Assembly (NCBI GenBank): GCA_000004985.1
Contig: GG739292.1
Source of the DNA: Naegleria gruberi
Lineage: Eukaryota
Length of the DNA stretch: 2,072 bases
Strand: one strand, 5' to 3'
This document shows, piece after piece, positions 1 through 2,072 of the stretch (position 1 is its first letter; every line of letters begins with the position of its first letter). The notes below the pieces were generated by a model, which made no database searches, was not told the origin of the DNA, and worked only from the letters and a program-made list of their open reading frames with translations. The translations under genes and the position numbers were made by a program.

Positions 1-2
1 TC

Positions 3-896
3 ACGAGGAGATTATTTCATCATCAAAATCACACATTGTCAATACCAGTTGTTGATGACGAATTTCCAATTAAAACCAAATTTACAATTCGCTCAGATTT
101 ACGATTTAAATTTGATCATCATAAAACAGAATCTCTTCTGAAAATTAAGAAATGGTCAATTCCGATAAATGAAACATCGAAACTAAGTGCCAAGCAACAA
201 ATTATGATTATTCAATATGCTGGTCAATTGTTTGAGTTGACCAGTATGGTGGAAGGATTGATAACTCCATTGATGAGAGGGGAGGATTTAACAATTACTA
301 ATTCAGATTATTTATTTGATTTGGAAAGAAATAATCTTTATTTGAGTACTATTTGTAGAGCTAGAGAAGGGAAAATTTTACAATTTCTAGTAAAGCCAGG
401 AGATTGGGTTGAGAGAAATCAAGCTGGAATAATTGTTGAGAGAGAAAAAAAAGTTGAGGAGTGGAAATTCCTTAAACCAGGTAGAATTCTCGAAGTTAAT
501 TTAAAAGTTGGAGATCATGTTGGCTTTTTTTATTCACCATTCACAATGATGGAGAAGGAAAGTGGCGAAACTAATCTTCCATTAGCTGATTGCAAATTTA
601 TTGGAATTAGCAATGAAAATCCAAAATATAGACCTGATATGGCTCCTCAAATGTATTATTTTGAGGATCACAATTGTGGAATTAGTACAAAAGAATACTA
701 TACTGAAATATATGATATAGAGTGGCTTGTTAAAGAAGGTCAATTGGTAAAGAAGGGAGATTTACTTTGTTCATATCAAGTACCCAAATTAAGATTGGAA
801 TTTATGAGTCCATATGATGGGAAAATTGTGTGGCTCAGAAGAGATGATTCCATGTTCATTGGGGATTCATTTTTTGAAATAATAGTTCACCAATAA
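3..896 (+). CDS. 5'-partial CDS. Hypothetical protein whose C-terminal half is two tandem biotinyl/lipoyl-like barrel-sandwich domains. The track ORF 36..896 is the same frame, and its TTG 'start' is an internal Leu codon.
   Basis: The frame is open without a stop from nt 3 to TAA 894-896, and translation upstream of nt 36 reads ...TRRLFHHQNHTL-SIPVV. The first in-frame ATG is only at 204-206. Two segments fit the lipoyl/biotinyl consensus: LVKPGDWVERNQAGIIVEREKKVEEWKFLKPGRILEVNLKVGDHV, and IEWLVKEGQLVKKGDLLCSYQVPKLRLEFMSPYDGKIVWL...IGDSFFEI. No GGAGG/AGGAG lies 5-10 nt before the TTG at 36; the GAGGAG at 5-10 is 25 nt away. Confidence 0.75.
   Translation, partial: TRRLFHHQNHTLSIPVVDDEFPIKTKFTIRSDLRFKFDHHKTESLLKIKKWSIPINETSKLSAKQQIMIIQYAGQLFELTSMVEGLITPLMRGEDLTITNSDYLFDLERNNLYLSTICRAREGKILQFLVKPGDWVERNQAGIIVEREKKVEEWKFLKPGRILEVNLKVGDHVGFFYSPFTMMEKESGETNLPLADCKFIGISNENPKYRPDMAPQMYYFEDHNCGISTKEYYTEIYDIEWLVKEGQLVKKGDLLCSYQVPKLRLEFMSPYDGKIVWLRRDDSMFIGDSFFEIIVHQ
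366..524 (+). other. Lipoyl/biotinyl-like domain 1 (residues about 111-163 of the track ORF).
   Basis: The KPGDxV motif is followed 15 residues after the Asp by a Lys (K138, nt 447-449) in an acidic context, VEREKKV. This is the same spacing as IETDK in 2-oxo-acid dehydrogenase E2 lipoyl domains and EAMKM in BCCP. A P-G follows 11 residues after the Lys and the domain ends in V-G-D-H-V, as in the canonical domains. Confidence 0.6.
445..452 (+). repeat. A8 homopolymer inside the coding sequence, spanning the E-K-K codons of lipoyl-like domain 1.
   Basis: The sequence gagagagAAAAAAAAgttg is directly visible. It covers the codons of the candidate modified lysines K138 and K139. Confidence 0.5.
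711..881 (+). other. Lipoyl/biotinyl-like domain 2 (residues about 226-282). The protein terminates 5 aa later.
   Basis: W-L-V-K-E-G-Q-L-V-K-K-G-D-L-L-...-V-P-K-L-R-L-E-F-M-S-P-Y-D-G-K-I-V aligns position by position with the W-x-K-x-G-D-x-V-...-E-T-D-K-x-x-L-E-x-x-[AS]-P-x-D-G-x-[IL] pattern. The Lys is K251 (nt 786-788). Its flank is QVPKL rather than ETDKA or AMKM. Confidence 0.6.
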
Positions 897-897
897 A
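891..897 (+). promoter_or_regulatory. CAATAAA polyadenylation-signal-like hexamer overlapping the TAA stop of the plus-strand gene.
   Basis: The sequence c-AATAAA-g sits at 892-897 with the stop codon at 894-896. This is consistent with eukaryote-style 3' end formation and a very short 3' UTR. It could also be chance in AT-rich DNA. Confidence 0.25.
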
Positions 898-1272
898 GTA
901 TTTATTAATTCGTCAAGTTTCCACCAAATTATTCTACTAAAATGGTTGAAGAAACAACCTTATTATCAATTAATTTTCTAACTTCCATATTGAATGGACG
1001 TTTGGCAAAAATATTCTGAACAGTTCGTCGCAAATTTGTAATAATCTTCCACTCATTACAAGCATTATCATCTGGTAATTAAATGACATTAAAGATTGAT
1101 TCTTGCCTTACCACCGCCTCATGAGGTACATCTCTAAAACCACCAATCTCACAAAAGGTGTCAAACACGTATAACTCTTCTTGATTCAGCAAGTGTCTTG
1201 GCAAAACCTCTAATAAAAGTCGTGTTTCTGTCCTGACAGTGTTTAAAGGATACAGAGATGGTAGAGGCGTAG

Positions 1273-1279
1273 TTTATTG
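1273..1279 (-). promoter_or_regulatory. CAATAAA hexamer 10 nt downstream of the kinase TAG stop, read on the minus strand.
   Basis: Plus strand 1273-1279 is TTTATTG, so the minus strand reads CAATAAA. It is the same heptamer as at the other gene's end. A weak A/T hairpin (tagttt/aaacta, 1270-1286) overlaps it. Confidence 0.25.
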
Positions 1280-1288
1280 AAAACTAAT

Positions 1289-2072
1289 CTACTCAAAAAG
1301 TTTAAGTACAGTACTTTTCAAGTAAGGGCGAAAGATTGTCATTGTTATATCCAACAACTCATCATGAATATATTCAAAGTCACAACATCTGTTAAGGTGA
1401 TCCTCCAGAATACACGAACTTCCCAATTTGTTCAATCTTTCTACAATTTCATATGATAATCCTGGATATTTTGTAGATAGTTGTTCTATGGTCAAGAAAT
1501 TATCCACTCTATCATTATCAAGTTTATCACCTGACAACAATTCAAACATAGTAATCCCAAAACTGTAAGCATCAAAGGCTCTGTAGTTGTACTTGATATC
1601 TTTTACCTTTTTAAGCATTTCAGGAGGCATGTAAACTCTAGTTCCAACATGCTCTGCCGAGGAAGCTATTGTTGAAATCATTTCTACTGATATGCCAAAA
1701 TCTGCAATTTTAACCTTGTCAATTACATCCACATTTCCAATCTTTCTTGTGGTAAGTAAAATATTAACAGGTTTCACATCATAGTGAATTATTCTTTTTT
1801 GGTGGCAATATGCTAAAGAAGATGATACATCCAACAATACAAATAAGATTTGACTGATTTTTCCAAATTTTAGGCCACCAAAATCTGTAAATATATGCTC
1901 ACTTAAATCCTTGTCCATCTTCTCCATTAATATTAAACTATACTTTTTAAATTTGTCAGTTATTGTTTCAAATTTAAAGACTTTAACTATACCATCATGA
2001 TCAAGTTGACTCATAATTTTATATTCTTCACCAGAAGAAGAATCTTCTTCTGAGTTAATAGTGAAACCTAAA
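1289..2072 (-). CDS. 5'-partial CDS. Eukaryotic-type (Hanks) Ser/Thr protein kinase with a non-RD catalytic loop. The track ORF 1289..2014 is its C-terminal part.
   Basis: The minus-strand frame stays open from the ATG at 2012-2014 up to the window end (nt 2015-2071), reading LGFTINSEEDSSSGEEYKIM-SQLDHDGIVKVFKFE. Motifs found in order: alpha-C/beta4 IMSQLDHDGIVKVF, hinge LILMEKMDKDL, catalytic loop HYDVKPVN (1763-1786), KIADFGIS (DFG at 1694-1702), GTRVYMPPE (PPE at 1619-1627), subdomain IX DAYSFGITMFELLSG, and subdomain XI CILEDHLNRCCDFEYIHDELL. The stop is TAG at 1289-1291. The Gly-rich loop and VAIK lysine are absent, so they must lie upstream beyond nt 2072. Confidence 0.9.
   Translation of the reverse strand, partial: LGFTINSEEDSSSGEEYKIMSQLDHDGIVKVFKFETITDKFKKYSLILMEKMDKDLSEHIFTDFGGLKFGKISQILFVLLDVSSSLAYCHQKRIIHYDVKPVNILLTTRKIGNVDVIDKVKIADFGISVEMISTIASSAEHVGTRVYMPPEMLKKVKDIKYNYRAFDAYSFGITMFELLSGDKLDNDRVDNFLTIEQLSTKYPGLSYEIVERLNKLGSSCILEDHLNRCCDFEYIHDELLDITMTIFRPYLKSTVLKLFE
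1619..1702 (-). other. Kinase activation segment (DFG to PPE) carrying several Ser/Thr.
   Basis: Translation reads DFGISVEMISTIASSAEHVGTRVYMPPE. DFG and the P+1 loop (GTxxYxxPE) are intact, with PPE in place of the usual APE. Confidence 0.7.
1763..1786 (-). other. Kinase catalytic loop HYDVKPVN, a non-RD variant of HRDLKPEN.
   Basis: Codon mapping was checked directly: the reverse complement of GTG at 1784-1786 is CAC (H), of ATA at 1781-1783 is TAT (Y), and of ATC at 1778-1780 is GAT (D). The catalytic Asp, Lys and Asn are retained. Arg is replaced by Tyr, Leu by Val and Glu by Val. Confidence 0.8.

Noticed and set aside
36-38. The TTG at 36 as the translation start of the plus-strand gene, as implied by the ORF track.
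   Set aside because: The frame is open upstream to nt 3 with no stop. No correctly spaced Shine-Dalgarno is present, since the GAGGAG at 5-10 is 25 nt away. The other signals point to a eukaryotic gene, where TTG would not initiate. It is treated as an internal Leu of a 5'-truncated CDS.
366-881. Calling the plus-strand protein a PDH/OGDH E2 acyltransferase or protein X.
   Set aside because: The protein ends 5 residues after the second lipoyl-like domain. It has no E3-binding or catalytic CAT-like domain, and the lysine flanks are non-canonical.
942-1019. A plus-strand 25-aa ORF, MVEETTLLSINFLTSILNGRLAKIF.
   Set aside because: It is too short and has no supporting signal.
970-1089. A minus-strand 39-aa ORF, MSFNYQMIMLVMSGRLLQICDELFRIFLPNVHSIWKLEN, in the intergenic region.
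   Set aside because: It is short, has no recognisable motif and lies in AT-rich sequence where such ORFs arise by chance. It overlaps the tail of the open frame discussed in the findings but is in a different frame. There is no start context to assess.
1117-1126. The CCTCATGAGG palindrome as a bidirectional rho-independent terminator between the convergent genes.
   Set aside because: A real hairpin would have only a 3-bp stem with a 4-nt loop, and there is no flanking T-run on either strand.
1270-1286. The tagttt-attga-aaacta hairpin immediately after the kinase stop as a terminator.
   Set aside because: It is a 6-bp, almost entirely A/T stem with no U-tract. It more plausibly just reflects the CAATAAA region.
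894-1291. A ciliate nuclear code (TAA/TAG = Gln) that would extend both genes.
   Set aside because: All roughly 10 Gln codons in the plus-strand ORF, and those in the kinase, are CAA/CAG. Under the ciliate code the two genes would overlap by more than 100 nt. Base composition is not ciliate-like.
1-2072. tRNA, rRNA, CRISPR array, IS or transposon ends, and integrase or att sites.
   Set aside because: No cloverleaf-compatible segment with a GTTC-like T-loop was seen. There are no regularly spaced direct repeats and no terminal inverted repeats. The only repeats are short homopolymers and palindromes of 10 bp or less.
1289-2072. A functional 'system' linking the kinase and the lipoyl-like protein, for example kinase-regulated carrier protein or a toxin-antitoxin or defence pair.
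   Set aside because: The genes are convergent and about 390 bp apart, so they are not co-transcribed. In the probable eukaryotic or viral context adjacency carries little functional weight, and there is no sequence evidence for coupling.

Overview
The window is AT-rich (about 30-35% GC from hand counts of sampled 60-nt blocks) and holds two convergent protein-coding genes. Both are cut off at their 5' ends by the window edges, and about 390 bp lies between their stop codons. The plus-strand gene (frame open from nt 3 to a TAA at 894-896) encodes a protein whose C-terminal half is two tandem biotinyl/lipoyl-like barrel domains. The first domain has a lysine (K138) at the same spacing as the lipoyl- or biotinyl-lysine of E2 and BCCP domains. 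The protein ends five residues after the second domain, so it is not an E2 acyltransferase. The 36..896 ORF in the track starts at a TTG that is simply an internal Leu codon of this longer frame. The minus-strand gene (open from the window end at 2072 down to a TAG at 1289-1291) encodes a Hanks-type Ser/Thr protein kinase domain running from the alpha-C helix through subdomain XI. It has an intact DFG and a divergent non-RD catalytic loop, HYDVKPVN. The glycine loop and VAIK lysine must lie beyond nt 2072. I see no Shine-Dalgarno-spaced starts, no intrinsic terminator between the convergent genes, and no tRNA, rRNA, CRISPR or mobile-element signatures. AGA-dominated Arg and TTA/TTG Leu usage and CAATAAA motifs at both gene ends favour a compact low-GC eukaryotic origin (yeast or protist), or a nucleocytoplasmic large DNA virus, over a typical bacterium. 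I cannot name the taxon from sequence alone. The least expected things are the orphan tandem lipoyl-like module, a GC-enriched stop-poor stretch that continues the kinase frame past its stop codon, and small palindromes in the intergenic region.
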